In this document: one piece after another, positions 26,996 to 37,147 of the stretch
Layout of the letters: each line of letters starts with the position of its first letter
Numbering within the stretch: position 1 is the first letter of the stretch
From: a virus
Lineage: Duplodnaviria > Caudoviricetes
DNA length: 43,552 bases
IMG/VR virus record: IMGVR_UViG_3300012971_000031
Location: 1-43,552 of that record
Strand: one strand, 5' to 3'
Program-made: the position numbers and the translations under genes
The notes under the pieces: model-generated
The model's database searches: none
The model's input: only the letters and a program-made list of their open reading frames with translations
What the model was told of the DNA's origin: nothing

Positions 26996-27800
26996 CTAAC
27001 TTTACTACTTTTTGTGTTACTTTATCATATCGCTCGTCAGCATGTTTGACATGCTTTAGACCGCTCCAGTCGTCTGCAAAAACCGGCATATCTTCGACCA
27101 TCTGTTGAGCGAACTCCCATCGCTCACGAGCCAGGATATGATCCAAGGTTCGCAGTCGTCTGTCGTGCCTTGTCAATATGTGGTCTACGAGATGGTACTC
27201 ATCACCGCCTAGCGTAATAAGGGCCCGCGTCGGATCGTCCTTGCGATAAAACTCATAATGAGTCAAGCCGTAGTTTAGCTCCCAGGGTTTATACCATAAC
27301 CGAGGACGGGGCATAAAGCTGCGGTCTTCTCGCGTGTCTATGTTGTAGATATTCCACAAGCCACGGTCTCGAACTACCATCTTGTTAAAGGCATCTCGTC
27401 TGAACTTTTCCCACTCTGCGTACCAGACATATTCATCGCTGTCCAGCGTGAGTATACAGTCAACCTGGTACTGTCTAGCCACGTCAATGTAAAACTCACG
27501 CTTTTCGCTTTCACGCAGGTCGGGAGCATCAAGTAGTATCGCATTGTCGGACTTGTAGCTTTTCACTACCTCGCGTGAGCCATCCGTGGACAAAGGATAC
27601 TTGAAAAACTCATCCTCTCCCCAAGGCTTGGGTGCGTTGTTGTCCGGGTCGTCCTGTGTGTACTTGTAGCGTCCATCCACGCAAAAGATAAACTCAAAGT
27701 TTCCAGCTGTGGTCTGTAGCATCTTGTTCAGGCTTTTTTGGTCGTTGTAAAAGCTGCAGCATACTGCAAACGATAGCTTTGTAGCTTCAACGTCTAGCAT
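26964..27800 (-). CDS. GT-A fold (GT2-like) glycosyltransferase
   Basis: CSFYND...VDG...STDGSRE...ILTLDSDE (DxD)...PRL...H. Confidence 0.72.
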   Translation of the reverse strand: MLDVEATKLSFAVCCSFYNDQKSLNKMLQTTAGNFEFIFCVDGRYKYTQDDPDNNAPKPWGEDEFFKYPLSTDGSREVVKSYKSDNAILLDAPDLRESEKREFYIDVARQYQVDCILTLDSDEYVWYAEWEKFRRDAFNKMVVRDRGLWNIYNIDTREDRSFMPRPRLWYKPWELNYGLTHYEFYRKDDPTRALITLGGDEYHLVDHILTRHDRRLRTLDHILARERWEFAQQMVEDMPVFADDWSGLKHVKHADERYDKVTQKVVKLVEKEPDKVSG

Positions 27801-27844
27801 TTTAGTTCTCTATTCCGCTGCTAAGCACAAAACTTGCAGTATCT

Positions 27845-28747
27845 ATGAGTTATGTTACTACAGGCGCTTGGAACTATATCAAGATCCCGCAGTTCGTCGA
27901 AGAAACAACTTTCGGGACTTGCCCCAGCGCTCCGACTTTCACTAGCTGTGGAGCTATCACCGACAACGCTTACACCGCAGAATCGGGGGTTATTACAAAC
28001 AGGCAGCTGGGCTCGCGTGACATTTACCAGGACATCAAGACCGCTGAGATCCATCAGCTCGTTTTCAAGTACCAGCCTTACAACACGCAGTTTATGCGTT
28101 ACGGGACTGAACTTTTCAACTTAACAGCTACCGACAACATATCCCGCTCCCTGTCAATATTATGGAGTCAGCTAATAAACGGAGTGGAAAACTATTTCCT
28201 AGCCCAGGGCTGCCGTACCGACAAGCTTGAGATAAATGTAACGGAGCCAAAGGTGGAGGTAACACAAACCATACTCGCACAGAAGGTTAATACTCCTGCT
28301 ACCTCATTCGCTCTGGCTGGCGGTACTGGCACTCCAGTATACTGCGCCCCCAATGTCGGGGCTCCTTGGAGTGGCCTTAATGGCGGCTCTGCTCCCCTGA
28401 CAATAAACGCTCTGAGCTATGATACTATAAGCTTCAAGGTAACTGTAAATAACAACATAGATAAGGTAAAACCGTTGGGTGAAACCTTTTACAAGTTTTT
28501 GGACCCGACCAACAGGGACGTCATAGTCGACTTTGACATAGTCTACAAGGATACAGTAAGCTTCGGCGACATGAAAACTCTTACCGCTAGGTCTGCTAGC
28601 ATGTCAATAAACTCGGGTACTACGACGTCAGTCGGGCTCACCAACCTGTATCTAGAAAAGTACGCTTCACCGGATACACCTACTGCGAATAAGATAAAGA
28701 CTGCGACCTACGCAGGAAGGGCCCAACAGATCGCGATGGTGAACTAA
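27845..28747 (+). CDS. Tail tube protein
   Basis: FVEETTFGTCP...QGCRTDKLEI...FKVTVNNN...RDVIVDF. Confidence 0.78.
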   Translation: MSYVTTGAWNYIKIPQFVEETTFGTCPSAPTFTSCGAITDNAYTAESGVITNRQLGSRDIYQDIKTAEIHQLVFKYQPYNTQFMRYGTELFNLTATDNISRSLSILWSQLINGVENYFLAQGCRTDKLEINVTEPKVEVTQTILAQKVNTPATSFALAGGTGTPVYCAPNVGAPWSGLNGGSAPLTINALSYDTISFKVTVNNNIDKVKPLGETFYKFLDPTNRDVIVDFDIVYKDTVSFGDMKTLTARSASMSINSGTTTSVGLTNLYLEKYASPDTPTANKIKTATYAGRAQQIAMVN

Positions 28748-28753
28748 CCAACC

Positions 28754-29269
28754 TTGGTCTCAGTAGCGTCGGATGAACCGATGGAGTTTGACCAAGCGAT
28801 CAAGCCCGCAAAAAAGGAGGAGCTATACTCTCAGTCTCAATCCCAGGGTGAGCCAAACAAGCAGTCTGAGAAGCCACTCATAGACCCAACAATCACAGGG
28901 GCAAAGAATTGGGCTCCTCTTCTTACACGACTCAACGACGCACAGATCCGTGATGTCAGCAAGTACATAACGATGGACGAGTTTACGATTGAAGTAAACG
29001 GCGGCAGCAGGACTTACAAGCGAAAGAAAATAAAAACAAAGGACTACAGGGAGCTTGAACAGATGAGGGCAAGATATGCAAGTATGTCGTCCTCAATGGA
29101 AAAGTCAGAGCTGCAGATGCAGGTTTTTCAAAAGGCAGCTGCCGCCTATCTGGGCATGACCCAAGAGGAGTTTGAGTCCTGTGACTTTGAGGAGCTAAAG
29201 AGGATAATAGACGTGCAGAACGTCAGGACAAACTACGGCGTCCCAAATTCAGACCAGATAACTTTGTGA
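28754..29269 (+). CDS. Tail assembly chaperone (G-like)
   Basis: Follows the tube; GMTQEEFE..D; ends in a slippery heptamer. Confidence 0.72.
   Translation: MVSVASDEPMEFDQAIKPAKKEELYSQSQSQGEPNKQSEKPLIDPTITGAKNWAPLLTRLNDAQIRDVSKYITMDEFTIEVNGGSRTYKRKKIKTKDYRELEQMRARYASMSSSMEKSELQMQVFQKAAAAYLGMTQEEFESCDFEELKRIIDVQNVRTNYGVPNSDQITL
29242..29248 (+). other. -1 ribosomal frameshift site C CCA AAT
   Basis: X XXY YYZ heptamer in frame; the -1 frame is open into ORF 29266..29517. Confidence 0.75.
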
Positions 29270-29517
29270 TGCTTTTTCGAAGTGGTGTAGCAAAGCTTAC
29301 CGTAGAGGAGAACGAGATCTTTGAGCAGTTCAGTCTCCTGGAGCTTTTTCATATACGTCCCTGGGAGTACTCCGAGGACAGAGAGCCCTATAAGGAGGAC
29401 ATCGCTAACATGATAACTCTCAAGCGTCTACAGCTAGAAGCCCAAAGATATAACATGGAACGAGAGCAATGGCGATCCGACACACAGGCGAGAATGTCAA
29501 GCCGCTTCGGTAGGTAG
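29266..29517 (+). CDS. Tail chaperone T segment (GT fusion by frameshift)
   Basis: In the -1 frame relative to 28754; FHIRPWE motif. Confidence 0.7.
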   Translation: MMLFRSGVAKLTVEENEIFEQFSLLELFHIRPWEYSEDREPYKEDIANMITLKRLQLEAQRYNMEREQWRSDTQARMSSRFGR

Positions 29518-29533
29518 GCGGGCAGTAGTAGTA

Positions 29534-29887
29534 ATGGGCATCTCTGCAACATTCACAGTCACGGGGGCAGACGAGATCTCAGCTAGATTCCAAGAGATAA
29601 AGTCAGCCGTCCAGCAGTTTGTTGACACGTATCCCGGCAAAGTAGCAGACGAGATGGTCGGTAAGATGCAAGATCTCGCACCCGTTCGCACCGGGTATCT
29701 AAGGGATCATATAGTCACGACTGGCGTGGGAGGCGGCTCGGCTACGGTCGAGTCGCAGGCCGGCTACTCGATATATGTAGAGTTTGGCACGAGATACATG
29801 TCGGCCCAACCGTTCTTTTTCCCAGTTTGGGACGAGTACAACTCTGATAAGGTCATGAGTGACTTCAAGTCGGAGGTTCTGACTTGA
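29534..29887 (+). CDS. HK97 gp10-like tail component
   Basis: APVRTGYLRDHI...YSIYVEFGTRYMSAQPFFFP. Confidence 0.88.
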   Translation: MGISATFTVTGADEISARFQEIKSAVQQFVDTYPGKVADEMVGKMQDLAPVRTGYLRDHIVTTGVGGGSATVESQAGYSIYVEFGTRYMSAQPFFFPVWDEYNSDKVMSDFKSEVLT

Positions 29888-29888
29888 G

Positions 29889-32453
29889 ATGAGCGACACG
29901 GGCCAGCTGCAGGTAAGTATAGCCCTTCAGGGAGCTGACGAGTTCAACAGTCAGCTTGATACGGTAGACGAGAAGATCAAGACCGTAGGACAGGACGCCG
30001 GGACTGCATCTGGCTCTGAGGGGCTCGGGGGCTTTGGAACGGCAGCCACTCAAGCTAACACTCCGGTCAGCACTCTTGGAAGTAGCGCAGGTGACCTTTC
30101 GACAAAAGTGGGAGCACTCTCTACCGCACTCAGTACCACTGCCGGGGGAGTCCTAGCAATGGCAGACAGCTACCACGGCCTACAAGAAAAGCAGACAGCA
30201 GTCGAGTCCTCGACAAAGAATGTAGAGAAGGCAACTCTTGCACACGAGAAGGCAGTTGACGCCCTCAACAAAATAATCAAGGACGGTACTGCGACCCAAG
30301 CGGACTATGAAAAAGCTCTGGGAAAGGTCAGTGATGCCCAGACAAAGCTGAAGAACGACCAACAGAAGTACATGGACGACTATCAGAAGCTAGTCACCCT
30401 GTTCAAAGAAGGAAAGGGCCGTACGGAGGAATACGTCAAGGTACAAGAGCAACTAGGAAAAGATCAGCAGCAGATACAAAAGGACACCAAGGCCCTAGGC
30501 GATGCGCAAAGAGGCTATACTGATCTTGTCCAAAAGCATGTAGACACGACCGCGCCCAAATACATAGAAGCACAACAAAAAGTAAAAGAAACCGCAGATG
30601 CGCTCAAGGTGGCCCAGGACAGACAGAAAGAGAGTACAGACTCACTAGGACTCGCATGGCAGCACTTTGGACTTTCGATAGGTCAAACTGTCCTTGGTTC
30701 AATAGGCGGAGTAACCTCAGCCATTTCCTTGCTCTCCAAGGCATCAGGCAAGGGCGGAGCAGCGAAGGACGTAGGAGACCTCGAACAGGCCGGTACAGGA
30801 ATCGGTACAAACTGGAAAACTCTGATCGGTGCTGGCGGCGTACTAGTGGGAGTCGGACTTGCTATGGCCATCATAGGCACTAACGCTTTTGGTGCACGTG
30901 ACAAGCTAAATGAGATGGGTAAGGCTCTGGGCGATCAGGTCCCGCTTTTGCAGCCGCTTTTGACAGGACTCAAGGCCCTAGGCGACGCGCTTGGCATTAC
31001 TGGTAGCGATGCGAAAGTCACAGCTAAAGACATGGACACTTCTATGAAAAATGCCGCTAACAGCGTCAAGGACTTTGTTGACACTTCAAAGAAAAACATA
31101 CAGCAGTGGCAGGCTGACGTGAAGAGAATACAGGACGACTCAAAAAACAACGACTGGAAAAAGTATTGGGCTGACGTCGGCAAGATGATGACGGACAACT
31201 TCAAGACCAACGTTGACGGCTTTAACGCCATCTTAAAGCAGATAGGGGCAAACATCCAGTCCAACGTAAAGGGCTGGGAGGGCATATTTACAGAGGCTTG
31301 GAGAATAATCAGTGGTGCTGGGTCTCAAGCAGTAAAAGATATTGTGGCTGCGATACAGGGCGGCCTCGGCAAACTGGGAGACTGGTTCAAAACGAATGTT
31401 ACTGACAAGATGACAGCCGCATGGAAGTCTTTCGTCGGCGCTCTTACTCAGCTGCTTGACGTCAACGGCATAATCAAGACCTTAGAGAAGATCCCAGAGG
31501 ATATTCAGAGATGGTCAAAGACAGCGTGGGACACCCTGAAGACTGCCGCCACCACCTCCTGGACCGCGATCAAGACCACGGCGACCACCATTACTACCGA
31601 GATAGGGACGGCAATCAAGACCATAGGCACTGCCTGGGACGCGATAAAGACGGCCGCAACTACGGCTTGGAACGCAATCAAGTCCACCGTAGACACCATA
31701 ATAACTGGCATAAAGACGGCCATCGATGGACTAAAGACCGTATGGGATGCCGTAAAGACAGCCGCAACAACCGCATGGAACGCTATCCAAAGCGCTGTGA
31801 CCCCGATAATAACGACCATAAAGACGGCCATCGATGGACTAAAGGCCTCGTGGGATGCCGTAAAGACCGCGGCCACTACTGCATGGGACGCCATACAGAG
31901 CGCCGTAACTCCGATAATATCCACGATAAAGACGGCGATCGAGGGGCTGAAACATGCATGGGATGAGCTAAAGACGGCTGCCACTACCGCATGGAACTCT
32001 ATAAAGACCGCAGCGACCGGCATTATCGACGCCATCAAGACTTATATCAGTAATGCAGCTAAGGGAATGTTCCAGCCGTTTTACAATGATGCCAAGCAGG
32101 TAGCTGACCAGATAAAGTCGTACTTTGATGGGATAATAAACGGCATCAAGCAGGCCATAGCCAGTATAGCAGCTTCACTGACTGCACTTCAGCAGCAGGC
32201 CCAGCGGCCTTTAAGCTCCGTGCCTGGCGGAACTGGACAGGTGCCTATGCCTTTCACGCCCCAGTGGTGGGGGCAGCTACACTTTTCGACAGTCACCCCC
32301 AATGTAACAGTGAACACAGGAGGAGGCGGCGGCATAACTACGGCAGCAGCACTTGGAGGCAGTGGAAACATGACTATCAACCTTAACGTGAGTGGCAAGA
32401 CTTTAGCTCAGGTGATAGCTCCGTTTAATCGGCCAACTAGCCAGTTCTCCTGA
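29889..32453 (+). CDS. Tape measure protein
   Basis: Helical, Ala/Gly-rich; Trp-spaced repeats. Confidence 0.9.
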   Translation: MSDTGQLQVSIALQGADEFNSQLDTVDEKIKTVGQDAGTASGSEGLGGFGTAATQANTPVSTLGSSAGDLSTKVGALSTALSTTAGGVLAMADSYHGLQEKQTAVESSTKNVEKATLAHEKAVDALNKIIKDGTATQADYEKALGKVSDAQTKLKNDQQKYMDDYQKLVTLFKEGKGRTEEYVKVQEQLGKDQQQIQKDTKALGDAQRGYTDLVQKHVDTTAPKYIEAQQKVKETADALKVAQDRQKESTDSLGLAWQHFGLSIGQTVLGSIGGVTSAISLLSKASGKGGAAKDVGDLEQAGTGIGTNWKTLIGAGGVLVGVGLAMAIIGTNAFGARDKLNEMGKALGDQVPLLQPLLTGLKALGDALGITGSDAKVTAKDMDTSMKNAANSVKDFVDTSKKNIQQWQADVKRIQDDSKNNDWKKYWADVGKMMTDNFKTNVDGFNAILKQIGANIQSNVKGWEGIFTEAWRIISGAGSQAVKDIVAAIQGGLGKLGDWFKTNVTDKMTAAWKSFVGALTQLLDVNGIIKTLEKIPEDIQRWSKTAWDTLKTAATTSWTAIKTTATTITTEIGTAIKTIGTAWDAIKTAATTAWNAIKSTVDTIITGIKTAIDGLKTVWDAVKTAATTAWNAIQSAVTPIITTIKTAIDGLKASWDAVKTAATTAWDAIQSAVTPIISTIKTAIEGLKHAWDELKTAATTAWNSIKTAATGIIDAIKTYISNAAKGMFQPFYNDAKQVADQIKSYFDGIINGIKQAIASIAASLTALQQQAQRPLSSVPGGTGQVPMPFTPQWWGQLHFSTVTPNVTVNTGGGGGITTAAALGGSGNMTINLNVSGKTLAQVIAPFNRPTSQFS
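31525..32040 (+). repeat. 36-aa (108-nt) TMP repeats WDAxKTAATTAWNAI...IKTAIDGLK
   Basis: cataaagacggccatcgatggactaaag at 31709 and 31817. Confidence 0.85.
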
Positions 32454-32465
32454 CAAGAAAGTAAA

Positions 32466-34328
32466 ATGTCCGCAACGCCAGGCTTAACAACCTCTGACAC
32501 ATCATACTATATCCCCCTAAGAGTCAAGGTGCAGATACTGGACAACTTTGCAAGTACCACCTATTACACATACGACTCATTCAACCCACAGGCTAGCGCG
32601 ATAAAGATACTCGAGGTCACAGTATCACTAGCTGTGAACCAGAATGGCACCTTCACGGTCTTTATAGAGGATGACGCGGGTCAGATAGACCGCACAAAGA
32701 TAGGCTGCGGCAACAAGGTCATTATAACAGCTGGCAAGACCAGCGCCTACTATTACCCGCTTCTCGCTGGCTATGTTAGAACAGTAAACGTAATGAGAGA
32801 CGATACAGGCATCCTTTACTATCAGCTGGCAGGCTATGGCTCGCAAATAATCTGTAACGAGAGAATAGTCGACTTTCAAAAGCTCTCATCCAGAGTCGCC
32901 CAAGGAGCAGCCAACCCATCAACCGTTGACCAAACTATGCTGGCATCGAATCTTTTCAAGACGGTCCTTGAAGGCTCCTCAATACTGCCGCTAAGTGCAT
33001 CGCAGACGCTACAGCAAGAGGGGCAGTTTACAGAAAACGGGATCGACCCCCGGGTCAATAACCAGCTGGGCAGTATAGTGTTGCCCCTGGTGGACGCAGC
33101 CTCAGTCCTGAACAGGATAGCTGACGATTCCGGTGCACTATGGGGCATTCAGAACGACGATATATTCCTGCGATACCCTACTGCAAAACACTCCGGTGTA
33201 ACAATAAAGAACGGAGTAAGTGCGACCGACCTCGCAGACAAGACCGCCTATATTACGGGGGGCTACAGCTACAGCGAGTCCATAGACCAGGCCAATGGCT
33301 TTGCCAACAGAATATGGCTCAAGGGTGGCGCGATAGCTAACAGCCCCAGTACGTCAAGTACGGCAACCGGCTCATTTACTTCACTGTTTAACAAGGACAT
33401 AGCGCAGCAGATCATACCCACGAGCGCACAGCTTAGATCCCTTGCGCTTACACTTGCTTTACAGGGCACTGGCGGTGCTGCTGGCACTGCCAACCAGTTC
33501 GTTACGGGCGCTCTTATTCAGGACAGGGGAACGGGCTCACCAAGCGGCGCAAAGATAGCAGACTTTTCTATACCACTCTCGAGCATTCCAGCAACCCCGC
33601 AGTCAGTCTTTGATCTTAACTTCAAGTGGTACGTAGCGACACTGCAGCCACTCATGGCGTACTGGCTCGTGTTATACGCAAAAGGTACGGCTGATAACAA
33701 TACCGTGAACTGGTACAACGATGGTGACACAAGTACTCCCAACAGATTTAGCGCTACAAGACAGGTGAGCTTGGACCCAACCACAGAGGCAAGAACTGGT
33801 TTCCCCCTAAAGAGCGACACCGCAGGCTGGTCTGTATCCACAAGCGGACCCGTTTTCACACACGACTTTTTCGAAAATGTCCGCGTTCTTACCGAATGCA
33901 GCGATCCCCTGTCGATGCAAAAGTATGGACCCAACGGCGGCCCATGCGAGGTTGTAATGGACGTTCCCTGGATATCGGACAACCAGAGTATGCAAAACTA
34001 TGCGACGGCCATACTTGCCTATACGGCCAAGCCCATAAGACAGTTCACCCTAACGGCGGTCACAATCCCAAACAACTATGTCTTCATGCCAGGCACACTC
34101 CTTGACTTGGTCGACCCACTGGGAAATATTGCCCCTCCCAAGACCATAGCCATAGAGATACAGCAGGTAAACTACGCATTCACCGCAGGTTCGTCAGGCT
34201 CTTCAGCAACTGGCCAAAGCAGCGCACCAACGGGAGGCGGGACAAGGCTGGCTCACCCACTCGGAGCAGTCACGGTCGACCTCCTCTGCCTGCAATATTA
34301 CGACTTCTTAGTTGATTCATTAACATAG
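32466..34328 (+). CDS. Tail tip / baseplate hub protein
   Basis: Follows TMP; GTFTVFIED, LLAGYV, ANRIWLKG, SMQKYG. Confidence 0.7.
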   Translation: MSATPGLTTSDTSYYIPLRVKVQILDNFASTTYYTYDSFNPQASAIKILEVTVSLAVNQNGTFTVFIEDDAGQIDRTKIGCGNKVIITAGKTSAYYYPLLAGYVRTVNVMRDDTGILYYQLAGYGSQIICNERIVDFQKLSSRVAQGAANPSTVDQTMLASNLFKTVLEGSSILPLSASQTLQQEGQFTENGIDPRVNNQLGSIVLPLVDAASVLNRIADDSGALWGIQNDDIFLRYPTAKHSGVTIKNGVSATDLADKTAYITGGYSYSESIDQANGFANRIWLKGGAIANSPSTSSTATGSFTSLFNKDIAQQIIPTSAQLRSLALTLALQGTGGAAGTANQFVTGALIQDRGTGSPSGAKIADFSIPLSSIPATPQSVFDLNFKWYVATLQPLMAYWLVLYAKGTADNNTVNWYNDGDTSTPNRFSATRQVSLDPTTEARTGFPLKSDTAGWSVSTSGPVFTHDFFENVRVLTECSDPLSMQKYGPNGGPCEVVMDVPWISDNQSMQNYATAILAYTAKPIRQFTLTAVTIPNNYVFMPGTLLDLVDPLGNIAPPKTIAIEIQQVNYAFTAGSSGSSATGQSSAPTGGGTRLAHPLGAVTVDLLCLQYYDFLVDSLT

Positions 34329-34347
34329 CTTCAACTACCGTGCTGTA

Positions 34348-34947
34348 GTGACATCAGACGTTGAACTTTTAGGGGTAGGCTTTTGCGCTCTGTGGGATAT
34401 GTCGAGCCTAGACTACGTCCAAGATATCTTTAGGCGTATCAGACAAACCAAAAGGGACACCTTCACCGATAGGATGGCCCGCTTTTGGGCCGACCAGACT
34501 GTAGAGCACGAGTTTGAGCCTCTTGAGATAGGCATAAGCAAGAACAAAGTAGTTAACGACGGTCTTGTAAGAGTAGCTGAGCTTGTCACCGGCACGGTCG
34601 GCTTAAACTCGGGTTTTCAGCAAAGTACGGGCTTTTTTAGTTACAATGCAGTAGGCTCAGGGACAAACCCTGTCTCAGCTTCGGACTATCAGCTGCAGGC
34701 CGAAGTTGCAAGGGTTGGCCTGGCTGACTCTGGTTTTCAAACGGCAGCGGGCCAGATCATGCGCTTTGGAGGCTTTTATGCCCCATCGACTGTCAGCTGC
34801 ACAGTAAACGAGTCAGGAGTCTTCGACGACCCTAATAGCGGTGTCATGCTTTATCGTACCGTCTTTCCATTAGGACAAGGGATAACGCACACCGTAAACG
34901 TGGATTTCTTTAGCGTCGCACACAGCATATATCAGTACTCGGTGTAA
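34348..34947 (+). CDS. Tail structural protein, related to 11168..11809
   Basis: NKVVNDGL...AVGSGT...SDYQLQAEVAR...NESGVF...G.MLYR. Confidence 0.7.
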   Translation: MTSDVELLGVGFCALWDMSSLDYVQDIFRRIRQTKRDTFTDRMARFWADQTVEHEFEPLEIGISKNKVVNDGLVRVAELVTGTVGLNSGFQQSTGFFSYNAVGSGTNPVSASDYQLQAEVARVGLADSGFQTAAGQIMRFGGFYAPSTVSCTVNESGVFDDPNSGVMLYRTVFPLGQGITHTVNVDFFSVAHSIYQYSV

Positions 34948-34953
34948 GTACGA

Positions 34954-35928
34954 ATGAGTTCTAACTTCATTCTCCAAGTCCGCAAGTTCTCCGGAGATCC
35001 CACAAATCTTCGTTTTAAGCTGCTAGCAGAAAAGCTCTCACAGTTCGAAGCAGCTACTAACCAGCTGCAAACAGGCGATATAAAAAACTCGATAAAGGTT
35101 ACTGCGTCCATAGTCCAGTACAAAGAGTCGGACATTATCTTTTCAAAACCAAAGACCACGATCTTTTACTTAGCACTAGAGCCAGACGGCGTCCTGCTAA
35201 AATGCTGGTTCAAGTTCGATGCTTGGGGAAAAGTGGTAAGAGACGCCTCCTTTTCAAACAACACCGCAAAGATACTAGGACAAACGCCCACATCGGCCCC
35301 CGGTCCCGACAGGGGGCAGGGAGGGAGTATTGCTATGAACCTTGATGGCTCGACCCAGTTCCTTGAAGTCACTACCAACAGCAGCCTAGCCCTAGTAGGT
35401 CAGGCGACAGGCTTCACAGTCGCCTTTTTGGTTCAACCCCAGACCCTCTCATTGACACAAACTGGCGAAAACAGATACCTGGCAGAAAAGACGGACGACG
35501 TAAACAACCTGTGGGGCGTGTACATAGACTCCGTTGGAAAGATACATTTTAATGTAAAGTTTGGGGGCACCGACTATTCCAAGTCCACGACGACCGGCGC
35601 TCTAAGCCTCAATGCGTGGACTTGGGTAGTTTGTACCTTTGCAGCGTCTACACATACAGCAACCATATACTTTAACAGTACCTCTCAAACTTTGTCAACC
35701 GATACCGTAGCAGATAGTGACTACTCTCAAACCAGACCCGATCTATATATTGGAGCTACTGCTATGGGCGATGGCTTCTTTGACGGCTGGTTTGCTGACT
35801 TTCGTTACTACCGTGAAAAGGTCTTATCTTCTACGGAGGTCACCAACCTAGCTACTAATATGCTCTCAATCTCTTCGATAGCTTTTGGCCAAGTCTCGAT
35901 AGTCTCGGCAGGTAACATTACAGCATGA
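34954..35928 (+). CDS. LamG/ConA-like adhesin
   Basis: NLDGSTQF...LNAWTWVVCTF...LYIG...FFDGWFADFRYY. Confidence 0.82.
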   Translation: MSSNFILQVRKFSGDPTNLRFKLLAEKLSQFEAATNQLQTGDIKNSIKVTASIVQYKESDIIFSKPKTTIFYLALEPDGVLLKCWFKFDAWGKVVRDASFSNNTAKILGQTPTSAPGPDRGQGGSIAMNLDGSTQFLEVTTNSSLALVGQATGFTVAFLVQPQTLSLTQTGENRYLAEKTDDVNNLWGVYIDSVGKIHFNVKFGGTDYSKSTTTGALSLNAWTWVVCTFAASTHTATIYFNSTSQTLSTDTVADSDYSQTRPDLYIGATAMGDGFFDGWFADFRYYREKVLSSTEVTNLATNMLSISSIAFGQVSIVSAGNITA

Positions 35929-36848
35929 GTGCAGGAGGTTACTACGTTAGCGGCTCTGACTCTAACAGCGCCGCAAGAATGAACCAGAAAAGTGTTACCA
36001 TCGATACGGGCACCAACCTGGCAGCACTATCGCCTACGTACCCGCTTCAGCTAATCGCGTCAACTGACGCTACCGGCGGCTTTGTTGCCGGTCAGATGTA
36101 TCAAAGGAACGCCGCAAACTCCGCCTGGATTGCTTTTACTCCTATGCAGCAGCATGACCACAGCGCAGCCACGACAGCAGCTGGCGGTACTCTCAACGCC
36201 GTCATGTCAGATAACACTGGCCAATTCATATACCAGAACGATCTCGCCTCACCGAGAGCCGGCGAGTTTAGGCAGACTCTTGTAGGCGGCGCTGCTACAG
36301 TTTCAGATCTTAACACTGCAGGCCAGTGGTCCGTTCAGTTAAACACGGGGGCGGTAATAAACAACCTTGCCCAAGCTGACTGCGGAGGCATAGCCGCGGA
36401 CTTTGGTTCGCCCATGAAGTTTCAAACGAAGGTCTTTCAAGGTGCGGTACAAACTAACGTCGTTGGTCGCATCGGTATAAACATTGAGCAGGCTAACCTC
36501 GCAGTCGATAATACTACCAAGAACATAGGCTTTGAGTTTTGTAGCAGTGCAGGCACGTCCTACATAGTCGTCTCAGGTGACGGTACCACTAGAAGTACTC
36601 TCGCAACTACGCAGTCGTTTGCAGGCACGAACTCGCTTAAGCTAACCTACACGCCAAGCGTCAACGTCGTCGGACAGGTGAACGCAACCACTGCAACTAC
36701 AAAGACGTCAAACCTTCCCAACTCGGGCGCTTGCTTACCTGACAGACTAATGCGCTTTGGCATAACAACCTCAGCTGCTACTACACAGACTTTGAACGTA
36801 TATGGAGCAGTCTTGTGCTATGTGCCTAATGATACGTGGACGGTATGA
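35925..36848 (+). CDS. Tail fibre/receptor-binding protein
   Basis: MYQRNAANSAW, HDHS motif, beta-rich C-terminal half. Confidence 0.6.
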   Translation: MSAGGYYVSGSDSNSAARMNQKSVTIDTGTNLAALSPTYPLQLIASTDATGGFVAGQMYQRNAANSAWIAFTPMQQHDHSAATTAAGGTLNAVMSDNTGQFIYQNDLASPRAGEFRQTLVGGAATVSDLNTAGQWSVQLNTGAVINNLAQADCGGIAADFGSPMKFQTKVFQGAVQTNVVGRIGINIEQANLAVDNTTKNIGFEFCSSAGTSYIVVSGDGTTRSTLATTQSFAGTNSLKLTYTPSVNVVGQVNATTATTKTSNLPNSGACLPDRLMRFGITTSAATTQTLNVYGAVLCYVPNDTWTV

Positions 36849-37147
36849 TTTTTTCAAAGACCGTAAAACTCAGAGACCTCAGTCCACTCAAGTACCAGCC
36901 TCCAAAGGGCATAGACGTTAGCTGGAAACTATACCACGACGAGCTATACGCGACCTTCACGGCAGGCAACATAAACCAGCCCCAGTACACAAAAGACAAA
37001 CACGATATCAATGAAGCTTTAGCCAGACTGAAAGTTATACAGGACACTGTTAAGGACTGGCATACATACCGCAACGTCGTACCACTTGGCCCTAAGAGAC
37101 AGGTCTGGCATGACGATGGCAACCGAGTGGTGACTGACTCAGGATGA
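36836..37147 (+). CDS. Hypothetical protein (start may be ATG 36845)
   Basis: ATGA overlaps on both sides. Confidence 0.55.
   Translation: MDGMIFSKTVKLRDLSPLKYQPPKGIDVSWKLYHDELYATFTAGNINQPQYTKDKHDINEALARLKVIQDTVKDWHTYRNVVPLGPKRQVWHDDGNRVVTDSG

Noticed and set aside
31505-32038. Hydrophobic repetitive antisense ORF and alternate-frame ORF 31511..31966
   Set aside because: By-products of the TMP repeats
27845-34328. Contractile tail
   Set aside because: No sheath or baseplate wedge gene recognised
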